Source: Escherichia phage vB_EcoM_Shinka. Taken from it: a stretch of DNA of 64,000 bases. The position numbers were made by a program, and so were the translations under genes. The stretch lies in sequence record MZ502379.1; one strand, written 5' to 3'. How positions within the stretch are numbered: position 1 is the stretch's first letter; every line of letters starts with the position of its first letter. Shown here piece by piece: positions 30,972 through 44,226 of the stretch. Under the pieces are notes generated by a model. That model saw nothing but the letters and a program-made list of their open reading frames with translations, had not been told where the DNA came from and did not search any database.

Positions 30972-31204
30972 AGTACGCCATACACCCTTTGTGCTTCAAC
31001 TAATCCATCAAAATCCAGTTTAAGATGCGATATTTGATCGCCATCACCTGGATTCACAATTACTAATACTGAACGAGGAGTTTCGGTAATAACACGAACC
31101 GACGTTTCAGGAAATCGTTCAGAAACCTTATTTACTAATTCCTGTGCAAATAGTTTAACTTTTTCTTGGAATTCTTTAACAGTAATTGGTTTTTCACTTA
31201 GCAT
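30968..31204 (-). CDS. Hypothetical protein (cd.x)
   Basis: 78-aa ORF in track. Confidence 0.4.
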   Translation of the reverse strand: MLSEKPITVKEFQEKVKLFAQELVNKVSERFPETSVRVITETPRSVLVIVNPGDGDQISHLKLDFDGLVEAQRVYGVL

Positions 31205-31725
31205 GTTGATCCCAGCTCCTTACTTTCAACGTTTTTAACTAATTTGACAGAAACTAATTCAGCATCTTGAGTAATCATTACCGGACCTTCTTCATACTCT
31301 TCAAGATATTCTAGAGCTTTATTTTTAGCTTCTTCCTTCGTATCAGTTTGAGCATAGATATAAAACATACAACCAGTAATACCTACTACTTTCCACTTAA
31401 TTTCTTTATCAGTTTTAATTTCAAATTTACTGGCAGAATCATCTTTTTGAACTTCTTCGAAAAAAGAATATTCTAACATATAAGCAATTGAAAATAACGG
31501 GCTAACTTTATAGGATTCGCCCATTACATCAACAGCTTTATACCAGCAGTCATCAATTTCGCGTTTAATGCTAATAACATTTTTCGCAGGATCTATTTTT
31601 ACTTTAAATGAATTTTCCCCAATAAACTGGGCAATTCGTTTATTAGCCCCGCAAGTTTCATTAAAAATATCTTTATACCCAGTTTTAAAGCGATAAACCT
31701 TATCTTCTTCAAACCATTCGCTCAT
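31198..31725 (-). CDS. Hypothetical protein (cd.x)
   Basis: 175-aa ORF in track. Confidence 0.45.
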   Translation of the reverse strand: MSEWFEEDKVYRFKTGYKDIFNETCGANKRIAQFIGENSFKVKIDPAKNVISIKREIDDCWYKAVDVMGESYKVSPLFSIAYMLEYSFFEEVQKDDSASKFEIKTDKEIKWKVVGITGCMFYIYAQTDTKEEAKNKALEYLEEYEEGPVMITQDAELVSVKLVKNVESKELGSTC

Positions 31726-31786
31726 TTCAATTTCCTCGTTTGTTTTGGTAGAGCTATAATATCACAACTCTACCGTAAAGTAAACT

Positions 31787-32062
31787 TTAAATTGCTTTGA
31801 ATTCTGATGTCTGTGATTCAAAGCGAATATCGCCTTTGATGACTAGCTCAGCATCAAGACCGAATACGACAATGATATGCGCGGAACCTGGATACAACGT
31901 GATGGCAACAGAATCCACCTGGTCTGGAAGCAAAGTGTTCAATACATGAGTCACTTGAGCATGGATTCGAAGCTCAGCTGCGTTATCAAGTTTTTCAAAC
32001 ATATTATTAGCGATAATTTGGCTAAACACTACTTCTACGATTTTAGAGTAAGTCGGAAACAT
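31787..32062 (-). CDS. Hypothetical protein (cd.x)
   Basis: 91-aa ORF in track. Confidence 0.4.
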   Translation of the reverse strand: MFPTYSKIVEVVFSQIIANNMFEKLDNAAELRIHAQVTHVLNTLLPDQVDSVAITLYPGSAHIIVVFGLDAELVIKGDIRFESQTSEFKAI

Positions 32063-32064
32063 AT

Positions 32065-32265
32065 TTACCTCACATAATTTTCTTCAAGCCAATCAATAAC
32101 ATCCAAAGCGTTATCAAAAGTTGCGCCATCTACTTTGTCTTCTGTTTCATAATCAAGAACATCTAGGCCTACTCTTCCGTCAACAATAGGCCATAGACAA
32201 AATAGATATTTCTTTTCTTTTTCAATTTTATCACAAAGACGATAAATCTTTTCTAGGTTATTCAT
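32065..32265 (-). CDS. Hypothetical protein (cd.x)
   Basis: 66-aa ORF in track. Confidence 0.4.
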   Translation of the reverse strand: MNNLEKIYRLCDKIEKEKKYLFCLWPIVDGRVGLDVLDYETEDKVDGATFDNALDVIDWLEENYVR

Positions 32266-32454
32266 ACGTTTTCCATGGTAAAGGCAGTTTAGTTTTCTTT
32301 ACTACTAGTTCAACATCAGGATTCTTTTCTCTTAATTTAAGGCATTCCTCCCAAGCTCTGATTTCACTAGTGAATACACAAAATTGCCCATTACTAGTAC
32401 CAACTAAACCACTATTTACAATAACAATAGACCAAGTTTCATGATGCCACGCCA

Positions 32455-32455
<1 letters not shown>
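32258..32455 (-). CDS. Hypothetical protein
   Basis: 65-aa ORF in track. Confidence 0.4.
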
Positions 32456-33680
<1,225 letters not shown>

Positions 33681-33683
33681 TTA

Positions 33684-33914
33684 TTATTTCTCAACCAATG
33701 ATTGAATATAATCATGCAAGTCTTTAGATGCTTTACCCCACTTATTTTGGTATTCATTTTTAAGATTAGCCCGAGATTGAGCTAATAAAACATCATTAGT
33801 TGGAGGTAAAGATTCTAACCGTTGAATCTGGCGTCCATAAATCATTGCAGCCATCTCGGATTCATAAATCAATCCTTTGAGATGTTCAAATTGATGCCAT
33901 GAAATCATTTGCAT
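33684..33914 (-). CDS. Hypothetical protein
   Basis: 76-aa ORF in track. Confidence 0.4.
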   Translation of the reverse strand: MQMISWHQFEHLKGLIYESEMAAMIYGRQIQRLESLPPTNDVLLAQSRANLKNEYQNKWGKASKDLHDYIQSLVEK

Positions 33915-34204
33915 TTATCCTCTTTTAACTCTTGACGATAATAACATATCATAGTTTTCTGATCATGTACATATCGTTTTACATCATTAAGCCAAATGCG
34001 AAATTCCTGGGAATCTTCAAATGGCATACCGACCCAAGCTTTACCATCAATAACTTTAACTTGCCAAGATAGTTTAGCTTCATCATATGACTTTATTTGT
34101 ACAGGCCAATTAGGATGAACTGTTTCTTTCTTTACTTCTAGAGGCTTTGTCGAACAACCAACTAGAAGACCAATAGATAATATTACTGCTGATAGTTTAA
34201 TCAT
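33905..34204 (-). CDS. Outer-membrane spanin (o-spanin) lipoprotein
   Basis: 99 aa; signal peptide with lipobox LLVGC|S; overlaps i-spanin gene end. Confidence 0.55.
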   Translation of the reverse strand: MIKLSAVILSIGLLVGCSTKPLEVKKETVHPNWPVQIKSYDEAKLSWQVKVIDGKAWVGMPFEDSQEFRIWLNDVKRYVHDQKTMICYYRQELKEDKCK

Positions 34205-34554
34205 TTAGAAAGGTCCTGGATGTCTTCTGCGAACTTGTTGAAGGAGTTGTTGATTTGTTTTTCAACCAATCCTGGCTTATGAGCCACCACATCCGCCTTC
34301 TTTGCGTCTTTGCGCAGTTTTTCATTTTCACGCTCAATAGCAGCAATTGCCTCACGATTTTTATTATTCATCGCATCAATATAATTATACTGAATTCGCA
34401 AATTATTTAATGCTAAAGCGTTTTCATTGGCCGTTTTTGTAATTTCTACAACAGACGTTTCTAATCTTTCAATTTTATTTTTTAAAATTAAAGAAGTTCC
34501 GCCCAATGCAATTACAATTAATAGCAAGCCTGCTGTCGTATTACTTAATTGCAT
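34201..34554 (-). CDS. Inner-membrane spanin (i-spanin)
   Basis: 117 aa; N-terminal TM helix then coiled-coil periplasmic domain; directly upstream of o-spanin. Confidence 0.55.
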   Translation of the reverse strand: MQLSNTTAGLLLIVIALGGTSLILKNKIERLETSVVEITKTANENALALNNLRIQYNYIDAMNNKNREAIAAIERENEKLRKDAKKADVVAHKPGLVEKQINNSFNKFAEDIQDLSK

Positions 34555-35178
34555 AAAGTTTTAATAACCTCTATAATATCGTCTTGAGAAAGACCGTTAA
34601 TTAAAATATGATGTTCAGCCGGAGATTTAGAAATTTTAAAGCATGCCTCAACATCTTCTGCCATATCCGATGCGCTACGATTTGGATTACTAATTCCAAG
34701 ACGATGTTTTCCCGTTAAAGGATTAACGATGATATAGCATTTCAGCCGGAGATTTAGAAATTTTAAAGCATGCCTCAACATCTTCTGCCATATCCGATGC
34801 GCTACGATTTGGATTACTAATTCCAAGACGATGTTTTCCCGTTAAAGGATTAACGATGATATAGCATTTACAGTTGTTAATATGAACATTAGGTTGAGTC
34901 TGATTAATGAACACATCGCAATCATATTTCGCAAGCTGATTTTCTAAAAAGACTTTCATCTCCTCAACCGCATCAGGAAGCATATCACGGGCTTGCTCAA
35001 GACGACGATTTCGATATTCTTTAATGGTCGTTTTCCGCTTGACTTGCTTAGCTAAATCTTTCTTAAGATCGGTGATATATCCAACTCGACGATTTCCTTT
35101 AAATACAGAAATCCCATCTGTAGTATCACCGTATGCTTCAACGACCATTTCAGTAGTAATAAGCTGCAAATCCATCAT
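34545..35178 (-). pseudogene. alc: alc (host-transcription inhibitor) disrupted by a 127-bp tandem duplication
   Basis: Two overlapping ORFs (34723..35178 and 34545..34826) share an identical 43-aa segment in different frames; collapsing the duplication restores one ORF of about 167 codons at the T4 alc position. Confidence 0.6.
34614..34869. repeat. Perfect head-to-tail tandem duplication, 2 x 127 bp
   Basis: Copy 1 about 34614..34742 and copy 2 about 34741..34869 read as identical; junction shares short cag microhomology. Confidence 0.85.
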
Positions 35179-35181
35179 AAA

Positions 35182-35235
35182 GTCCTCATGTTATGTCAGT
35201 AAGACTACTATAACACAACACGAGGGACTTGTAAA
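35182..35235 (-). promoter_or_regulatory. T4-type early promoter plus leader/SD upstream of alc; copy 2 of the exact 54-bp repeat
   Basis: Identical to 19244..19297. Confidence 0.55.
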
Positions 35236-35239
35236 CAGC

Positions 35240-36827
<1,588 letters not shown>

Positions 36828-36835
36828 AATAAAAT

Positions 36836-36849
36836 GGGCCTTGCGGCCC
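36836..36849 (-). terminator. Hairpin between nrdB and denA
   Basis: gggccttgcggccc stem-loop. Confidence 0.45.
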
Positions 36850-36854
36850 ACTCC

Positions 36855-38033
36855 TTAAAAATATTTTTTAAAACTCATCATAACTTTATCATCAACATCA
36901 TTATCAATCTGTGCTACAAGGTAAGATGACAGTTCTACTTCTTGCGGTGCAGATTGAACATTATCAGAATTAAGGTATTCACGAATCCAAGGATATGGAT
37001 GTTTAACCGGAGCATCGGTAATTGGACATGGAAGACCACACTGTTTCATACGAGATACAGTTAAGTAATCAATAAAGCTCCACATGCTATTTGTATTTAA
37101 TCCAGGAACATCGCCATCTTTAAATAAATGAACTGCCCAATCTTTTTCTTGGCGGTTAACTTCCATGAAAATATCAACTGCTTCTTGTTCACACTCTTGA
37201 GCAATTTTAACCCATTCATCGCCATCAGTACCGGATTGAAGTTGACGAATAATATATTGGGTGCCTTTAAGGTGAAGCTGCTCATCACGTGCAATGAACT
37301 TCATAATCTTGGCATTACCTTCCATGATTTCCATGTTCTTGTGGAAGTTAAAGGTACATGCAAAAGATACATAAAAGCGGATAGCTTCCAATGCGTTGAT
37401 TACGTGCAGGCAGAGGTAAAGAGATTTCATTAGTGCTCGTTTAGCTTCGGCTTCTTGTTTAATAGCTCGATTTAAACGAAAATCAGCATCAGGAGATTCT
37501 TTAGCTAGTTCTACAAATTCTTTAGCATTTTCCCATTCACGGGTCTTCTTAAGAACATCATCGTAATAGCGACCAATGGACTCGGCGCGTTTCATAATAT
37601 CTTCATCTAATACAATCTCATCAAATACTTTTGACGGATCAGTATAAAGATTTCGCATAATATGAGTGTATGAACGACTGTGAATAGTTTCGCTGAAAGT
37701 CCATGTAGCAACCCATGTATCAAGGCTTGGATCTGAAATTAACGACATAAGTACAGCAGACGGCGCACGACCCTGAATGCTATCCAAAAGTGATTGATAC
37801 TTCAGGTTATTAGTAAAAATATCTTGCTGATATTGAGGAAGCTTGTTAAATTGTGCAGCATCCATCATTAAGTTTACTTCTTCAGGACGCCAGAAAAATG
37901 ATAACTGCTTTTCGGTTAAATCTTCAAAAACTTTATGGCGTTGAATATCATAACGCGCAATACCAAGACCTGAACCGAAGAACATAGGTTCTTTTAAAAC
38001 ATCAACTGGATTTGTATTAAAAACTGTGCTCAT
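36855..38033 (-). CDS. nrdB: Ribonucleotide reductase beta subunit NrdB (continuous, no intron)
   Basis: 392-aa uninterrupted ORF, recognised NrdB sequence. Confidence 0.9.
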   Translation of the reverse strand: MSTVFNTNPVDVLKEPMFFGSGLGIARYDIQRHKVFEDLTEKQLSFFWRPEEVNLMMDAAQFNKLPQYQQDIFTNNLKYQSLLDSIQGRAPSAVLMSLISDPSLDTWVATWTFSETIHSRSYTHIMRNLYTDPSKVFDEIVLDEDIMKRAESIGRYYDDVLKKTREWENAKEFVELAKESPDADFRLNRAIKQEAEAKRALMKSLYLCLHVINALEAIRFYVSFACTFNFHKNMEIMEGNAKIMKFIARDEQLHLKGTQYIIRQLQSGTDGDEWVKIAQECEQEAVDIFMEVNRQEKDWAVHLFKDGDVPGLNTNSMWSFIDYLTVSRMKQCGLPCPITDAPVKHPYPWIREYLNSDNVQSAPQEVELSSYLVAQIDNDVDDKVMMSFKKYF

Positions 38034-38084
38034 AAATTTTCCGCTTAGTTAATAGATAGTGACTCGTCCGTGAGTCAAATTATA

Positions 38085-40349
38085 TCATAATTTACAGGAT
38101 GAACAATCTTCAGCTTTTGGAGTTTCTATTTCATAATCATCAGTACCAGAACCGTCGCGGGTATTATGATAATAGAAATTTTTTCCGCCAAAATACCAAA
38201 AATACAAAAGGTCATCAATCATTATTGACATTGGAACCTTTCCTTTTGGAAAAATCTGCGGGTCATAATATGTATTTGCTGAAGCTGATTGACATACCCA
38301 TTTAAGCATAATAGCTACCTGCGTAAGATAAGGTTTATTACCTTTCTTAGCTAATTTCCACGTATAATCATAGAGGTCTATGTTATGCTCAATATTGGGC
38401 ACGACTTGATTAAAGGAACCCTCTTTTGATTCTTTAACAGAGACTGGTCCACGTGGAGGCTCGATACCGTTTGTACTGTTAGAAACTTGTGAAGATGACT
38501 CACATGGCATAAGTGCTGATAATGTGCTATTACGGATGCCAAAGAGCTTAAGGTCTTCCCGCAGCGACGACCAGTCACAAACGTATTTTGGAGCTGCGAT
38601 TTGGTCAATCTTTTTATTGTACCAGTCGATAGGTAATTCGCCTCGAGACCAACGAGTGTCTGAATAATATTCGCAAGGTCCTTTTTCTTTGGCGAGCTTA
38701 ATGGATGCTTTAATGAGTCCATACTGCAATCTCTCAAATAGTTCATGTGTTAAATCGTTAGCATCTTCATAAGAAGCAAAGTTACTTGCCAGCCAAGCTG
38801 CATAGTTGGTAACACCTACACCGAGGTTACGACGCTTTTTAGCTTTTTCTGCTTCAGGAACTGGATATCCTTGGTAATCCAACAGATTATCAAGAGCACG
38901 AACTTGAACTTCTGCCAATTCATTAATTTTATCTTGGTCTTGCCAGTCAAAATTATCTAGTACGAATGCAGAGAGAGTACACAATCCAATTTCAGCATCA
39001 GGACTATTCACATCATTTGTTGGAATAGCAATTTCACAACACAAGTTACTCTGACGAATAGGCGCCTTTTCACGAATAAACGGAGTATAGTTATTCGTAT
39101 TATCAATGAACTGCACATAAATCCTTGCGGTTCCTGAACGTTCAGTCATGAGCAATTCAAATAGTTCACGGGCTTTAATACGCTTTTTACGAATATTAGG
39201 GTCTTTTTCTGCTGCTTCGTATAATTCACGGAAACGGTTTTGGTCTTTAAAATAAGAATAATAAAGCTCGCCACCCATTTCATGCGGACTGAACAAAGTA
39301 ATGTAATCGTTCTTTCCGAATCGTTCCATCATCAAATCATTCAGCTGAACACCATAATCCATATGACGAATGCGGTTTTCTTCTACGCCTTTGTTATTTT
39401 TCAAAACGAGAAGATTTTCAACTTCCAAATGCCAAATAGGATAATAAGCAGTAGCAGCGCCGCCACGAATTCCACCCTGTGAGCATGATTTAACAGCAGT
39501 CTGAAAATGTTTCCAAAAAGGAATAACACCAGTATGACGCACTTCACCCATGCCAATCTTAGAACCTTCGGCACGAATCATACCAACGTTAATACCAATT
39601 CCAGCACGTTTGGAGATATATTCAACAATTGAAGCGGAAGCCTTGTTGATAGACTTCAGCGAATCACCTGCCTCAATAACAACGCATGAACTAAATTGCC
39701 GAGTTGGAGTACGACAACCGGCCATAATAGGAGTTGGCAATGAAATCTGTCGAGTAGATACTGCTTCATAAAAACGAATAACATGTTTTAATCTATCAAC
39801 AGGTTCATCTTGATGCAATGCCATTCCAATAGTCATAAATGCAAACTGTGGAGTTTCATAAATTTGACCAGTGGTTTTATCTTTAACTAAATATTTTTCT
39901 TTTAATTGCATCGCCCCGGAATAAGTAAATTCCATATCCCGTTCGTGCTTAATTTTTGATTCTAAAAATGTAATTTCTTCTGCTGAATATTTTGACAACA
40001 ATTCAGGGTCATATTTACCTTCATTTACACAGTAAGAAATATGGTCAATAAATGAACGTGGTTCATACTGCCCATAAACATGCTTACGAAGAGCGAACAT
40101 TAAACAGCGTGCAGCTACATATTGATAATCAGGCTCTTCAACCGAAATAGAATTCGCAGCGGCCTTAATGACAATAGTCTGAATATCATCAGTTGTCATT
40201 CCATCACGGAGATAAGATTTAATATTTTCATATAATTCATAAGGATCTACTGATGTTCCTTCAGCTGCCCAAGATAAAACTTTAATAATTTTTTGCGGGT
40301 CAAAGCTCTGAGAAACACCACTACTTTTGATAACATTAATTAATTGCAT
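38085..40349 (-). CDS. nrdA: Ribonucleotide reductase alpha subunit NrdA
   Basis: 754 aa as in T4. Confidence 0.95.
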   Translation of the reverse strand: MQLINVIKSSGVSQSFDPQKIIKVLSWAAEGTSVDPYELYENIKSYLRDGMTTDDIQTIVIKAAANSISVEEPDYQYVAARCLMFALRKHVYGQYEPRSFIDHISYCVNEGKYDPELLSKYSAEEITFLESKIKHERDMEFTYSGAMQLKEKYLVKDKTTGQIYETPQFAFMTIGMALHQDEPVDRLKHVIRFYEAVSTRQISLPTPIMAGCRTPTRQFSSCVVIEAGDSLKSINKASASIVEYISKRAGIGINVGMIRAEGSKIGMGEVRHTGVIPFWKHFQTAVKSCSQGGIRGGAATAYYPIWHLEVENLLVLKNNKGVEENRIRHMDYGVQLNDLMMERFGKNDYITLFSPHEMGGELYYSYFKDQNRFRELYEAAEKDPNIRKKRIKARELFELLMTERSGTARIYVQFIDNTNNYTPFIREKAPIRQSNLCCEIAIPTNDVNSPDAEIGLCTLSAFVLDNFDWQDQDKINELAEVQVRALDNLLDYQGYPVPEAEKAKKRRNLGVGVTNYAAWLASNFASYEDANDLTHELFERLQYGLIKASIKLAKEKGPCEYYSDTRWSRGELPIDWYNKKIDQIAAPKYVCDWSSLREDLKLFGIRNSTLSALMPCESSSQVSNSTNGIEPPRGPVSVKESKEGSFNQVVPNIEHNIDLYDYTWKLAKKGNKPYLTQVAIMLKWVCQSASANTYYDPQIFPKGKVPMSIMIDDLLYFWYFGGKNFYYHNTRDGSGTDDYEIETPKAEDCSSCKL

Positions 40350-40666
40350 AAGTCCTCAACTTGAAAATCGTCTTTAAACAGTCGGTTAACTATATGAGCT
40401 ATTATATCACCATGACACGGCTTTGGTTTACATGTGCATCCTAGCCTCATTCCACGTAAAGGCTCTAAATGTGCTTTAGTTATTTCTCCGGATTTAATTC
40501 GACGTATAAAATCTTTTTTGAATAATTCAATGGCAGCCTCCCGGCTGCCAGCATCTTTACCGACGTAATTTCCCCAAAATGTACCACGGTGAATATTAAC
40601 ATCAAAGTCGGATTTATATTTATTCACTACCTGGCATAGACGGCCCGCGCGGTGATAATTCGTCAT
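40340..40666 (-). CDS. Hypothetical protein with C-x-C...C-H-G-D motif (DUF4326-like)
   Basis: 108 aa; [15 protein letters not shown] motif. Confidence 0.45.
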   Translation of the reverse strand: MTNYHRAGRLCQVVNKYKSDFDVNIHRGTFWGNYVGKDAGSREAAIELFKKDFIRRIKSGEITKAHLEPLRGMRLGCTCKPKPCHGDIIAHIVNRLFKDDFQVEDLCN

Positions 40667-40883
40667 ATTGTTTTTCCGTTAAAACAGTAATATCATAGTA
40701 ACAATCAGAAGAAGTTTTAACTGTAGAAATTTTATTATCAAAATACTCACGAGTCATTTTATGAGTATAATATTTTTTGCCATAAATGATAATAGGCTGA
40801 TTTGGTCCTGGAACTTCTAACTCACTTGGGTTAGGAAGTGTAAAAAGAACTACACCAGAAGTATCTTTAAATCGTAAAATCAT
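40620..40883 (-). CDS. Hypothetical protein
   Basis: 87-aa ORF in track. Confidence 0.4.
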   Translation of the reverse strand: MILRFKDTSGVVLFTLPNPSELEVPGPNQPIIIYGKKYYTHKMTREYFDNKISTVKTSSDCYYDITVLTEKQYDELSPRGPSMPGSE

Positions 40884-40906
40884 AAATCCTCACAATTAAA
40901 TTAAAA

Positions 40907-41218
40907 TTACACCGCCATTTTTCCTTTCAAGACGCCGTGGGACTGATAATCTTTGAGAACGAAATCTTTAGGCCTGAGTTTAAGAATGTATTCCAATTGT
41001 TCTTTAGTAGAAAGATAGCGGAATTTATAAGGCAATCCGCCTATTACCAGTTCACAAAGCTCTTTAGGTTCACGACGCAAAATTTCTTTACATTGTTCTA
41101 CGTGATTCATATAGATATGAGTATTACCACCGGAAAATATCAAATCTCCCGGAATAAGATTACACATCTTAGCTACAATATGAACTAACGTAGCATATGA
41201 TGCAATATTAAATGGAAG
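40907..41218 (-). CDS. td: Thymidylate synthase, exon 2
   Basis: Encodes LPFNIASYATLVH...KGKMAV; joins exon 1 to give a 286-aa TS. Confidence 0.85.
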   Translation of the reverse strand, partial: LPFNIASYATLVHIVAKMCNLIPGDLIFSGGNTHIYMNHVEQCKEILRREPKELCELVIGGLPYKFRYLSTKEQLEYILKLRPKDFVLKDYQSHGVLKGKMAV

Positions 41219-41538
41219 CATTATGTTCAGATAAGGTCGTTAATCTTACCCCGGAATTATATCCAGCTGCATGTCACCATGCAGATCAGACTATATCTCC
41301 AACTTGTTAAAGCAAGTTGTCTATCGTTTCGAGTCACTTGACCCTACTCCCCAAAGGGATAGTCGTTAGGCATTTATGTAGAACCAATTCCATTTATCAG
41401 ATTTTACACGATAAGTAACTAATCCTGATGAAATTATTAAAGGGTAGTCCTACAATTTAGCACGGGATTGTCTACTAGAGAGGTTCCCCGTTTAGATAGA
41501 TTACAAGTATAAGTCACCTTATACTCAGGCCTCAATTA
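41219..41538 (-). ncRNA. Group I self-splicing intron in td, lacking an intact homing-endonuclease ORF
   Basis: 320 nt between TS exons; begins with in-frame UAA after exon-1 Gly codon, ends ...cauaaug; sequence matches T4 td intron core as I recall it; no ORF over 20 codons. Confidence 0.8.
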
Positions 41539-42086
41539 ACCCAAGAAAACATCTACTGATCGTTGATACCACTGCAAATCCAAATAGCCATTACGCACAT
41601 TAAACTGATAGAACATATGACAAGGCGGTAATGCCATCTGCTTGAGTTCAGCTGGATTCCATGCTGAAACAATTTGACGCCTATCATTTGGCAATTTTTT
41701 AATACGATCAATAACTTCTATAATTTGGTCTACACCGCCAAAATCACGCCACTGTTTTCCATAAATTGGACCAAGTTCACCGCTATGGTATCCTAAATCT
41801 TTTGCTTGATTTTCGTAATTTTCATCCCAGACTGTTTTGCCTTGAATTAATGAATTATGTTGAATTAATCGCAAATCATTGACATTTGTGCTTCCCGATA
41901 AAAACCAAAGCAGCTCAGCAATGCAAGCTTTCCAGGCGAGCTTCTTAGTTGTTACTGCAGGAAAACCTTTAGTTAAATCCCAGCGTAATTTAGTACCGAA
42001 CAAAGCAATTGTTCCTGTGCCTGTTCGGTCATCGGTTTCGTAGCCATTTTCCAGGATATCTTTAATTAAAAATTGGTATTGTTTCA

Positions 42087-42087
<1 letters not shown>
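41539..42087 (-). CDS. td: Thymidylate synthase, exon 1
   Basis: 183 aa from MKQYQ to DVFLG; active-site PPCH present; track ORF begins at an upstream TTG. Confidence 0.85.
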
Positions 42088-43116
<1,029 letters not shown>

Positions 43117-43126
43117 ATTATTTTCC

Positions 43127-43369
43127 TTAAACAGACTTTTTCACAATTTTCCAATCAGCTTTAAACTGCTCGACGTCAGAATGGTAAATCCAGAATCCTG
43201 CGCTTTCTCCATCCTCATAAAGAGGGCATCTATCACATTCATCTTCCCATCCCATATCACGCAAAAGATGTTCAGCTTTTTCAACAAGTTCAGAATCTTT
43301 ACCGATGATATTAAAATACCATTTACCTCTAACTTCCGAATCTTTGATGCTCTGGCGTTGTAATCTCAT
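43127..43369 (-). CDS. Hypothetical protein (frd.2-like)
   Basis: 80-aa ORF; early promoter-like sequence at about 43392-43424. Confidence 0.45.
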   Translation of the reverse strand: MRLQRQSIKDSEVRGKWYFNIIGKDSELVEKAEHLLRDMGWEDECDRCPLYEDGESAGFWIYHSDVEQFKADWKIVKKSV

Positions 43370-43423
43370 TTTATTCTCCTTAGTTGATAGGGTAATAGTA
43401 TCACACTACTACCCTTCTGTAAA

Positions 43424-43732
43424 CTACTTTTTGAAAGTTTTTCGCAAAAGTTCAATGATTTCATCTACATTGTTTTCGTCTACAATGCAGTGAATTTTTG
43501 TTACACCAGAAACCAGGTCTTTGACTTCATCTTCTTCAGAAGTCGGTTCTTTATATTCTCGGAAACAATAAAACTCTTCTTCACTAAGTTCAAAATAATC
43601 ATCACCCATACCATCATCATTATAGATTTCACCATTAGCACAAATGATTTCGGTTACATAATCAAAGCCATCTAAACTTGATATTGATTTAACTTCAAAC
43701 CAACCACCATTTTCTTGAATGATGCCGACCAT
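43424..43732 (-). CDS. Hypothetical acidic protein (frd.3-like)
   Basis: 102-aa ORF in track. Confidence 0.45.
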   Translation of the reverse strand: MVGIIQENGGWFEVKSISSLDGFDYVTEIICANGEIYNDDGMGDDYFELSEEEFYCFREYKEPTSEEDEVKDLVSGVTKIHCIVDENNVDEIIELLRKTFKK

Positions 43733-43854
43733 ATTAGCATTTGATGAACTAATATCAATGAAAGATTTAATACGGTGTGGATTTAACTCGTATTTTTGCC
43801 GATTTCCATTTTGATTTTCCTCATTTTAATAGGGGCTTAATAGCCCCTTGATAA

Positions 43855-44118
43855 TTATTGTTCAATCATTCCCATGTAAAATTCTGTGTCTTCAGCATCC
43901 ATACCATCACAATATTCATTAGCCATAAAGCGGGTGAGGTCTTCAAGAGGACCTTCAATAACGATTTGAATACTCCAAAACTTAGAATCTTGCACGCTTG
44001 TGATACTAAGTTCAGGATAACGATTACGAATAATCTCTTCAATATATTCAAAATCAACGATGTCAATATCAACTTTAGCCATATTATTTTCCTCTTTAAT
44101 CATCAGCAGTATTGCCAA
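43855..44118 (-). CDS. Hypothetical protein
   Basis: 87-aa ORF; early promoter-like sequence at about 44123-44155. Confidence 0.45.
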   Translation of the reverse strand: MAILLMIKEENNMAKVDIDIVDFEYIEEIIRNRYPELSITSVQDSKFWSIQIVIEGPLEDLTRFMANEYCDGMDAEDTEFYMGMIEQ

Positions 44119-44179
44119 TAGTTGTATAGTACCATGGAAGAACAGGGATGTAAACAGTTTTGTGAAAAAATTTTGAAAT

Positions 44180-44206
44180 AAAAAAGGGGACCCTAGAGGT
44201 CCCCAA
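44180..44206 (-). terminator. Terminator downstream of gene 32
   Basis: Hairpin ggggaccctagaggtcccc followed by T-run on minus strand. Confidence 0.5.
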
Positions 44207-44226
44207 TTAATTAGTAATATAATCTA

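Noticed and set aside
34545-34826. 93-aa ORF as an independent gene
   Set aside because: Its N-terminal 28 codons are an out-of-frame read of the duplicated 127-bp unit; it is the displaced 3' end of alc, not a separate gene.
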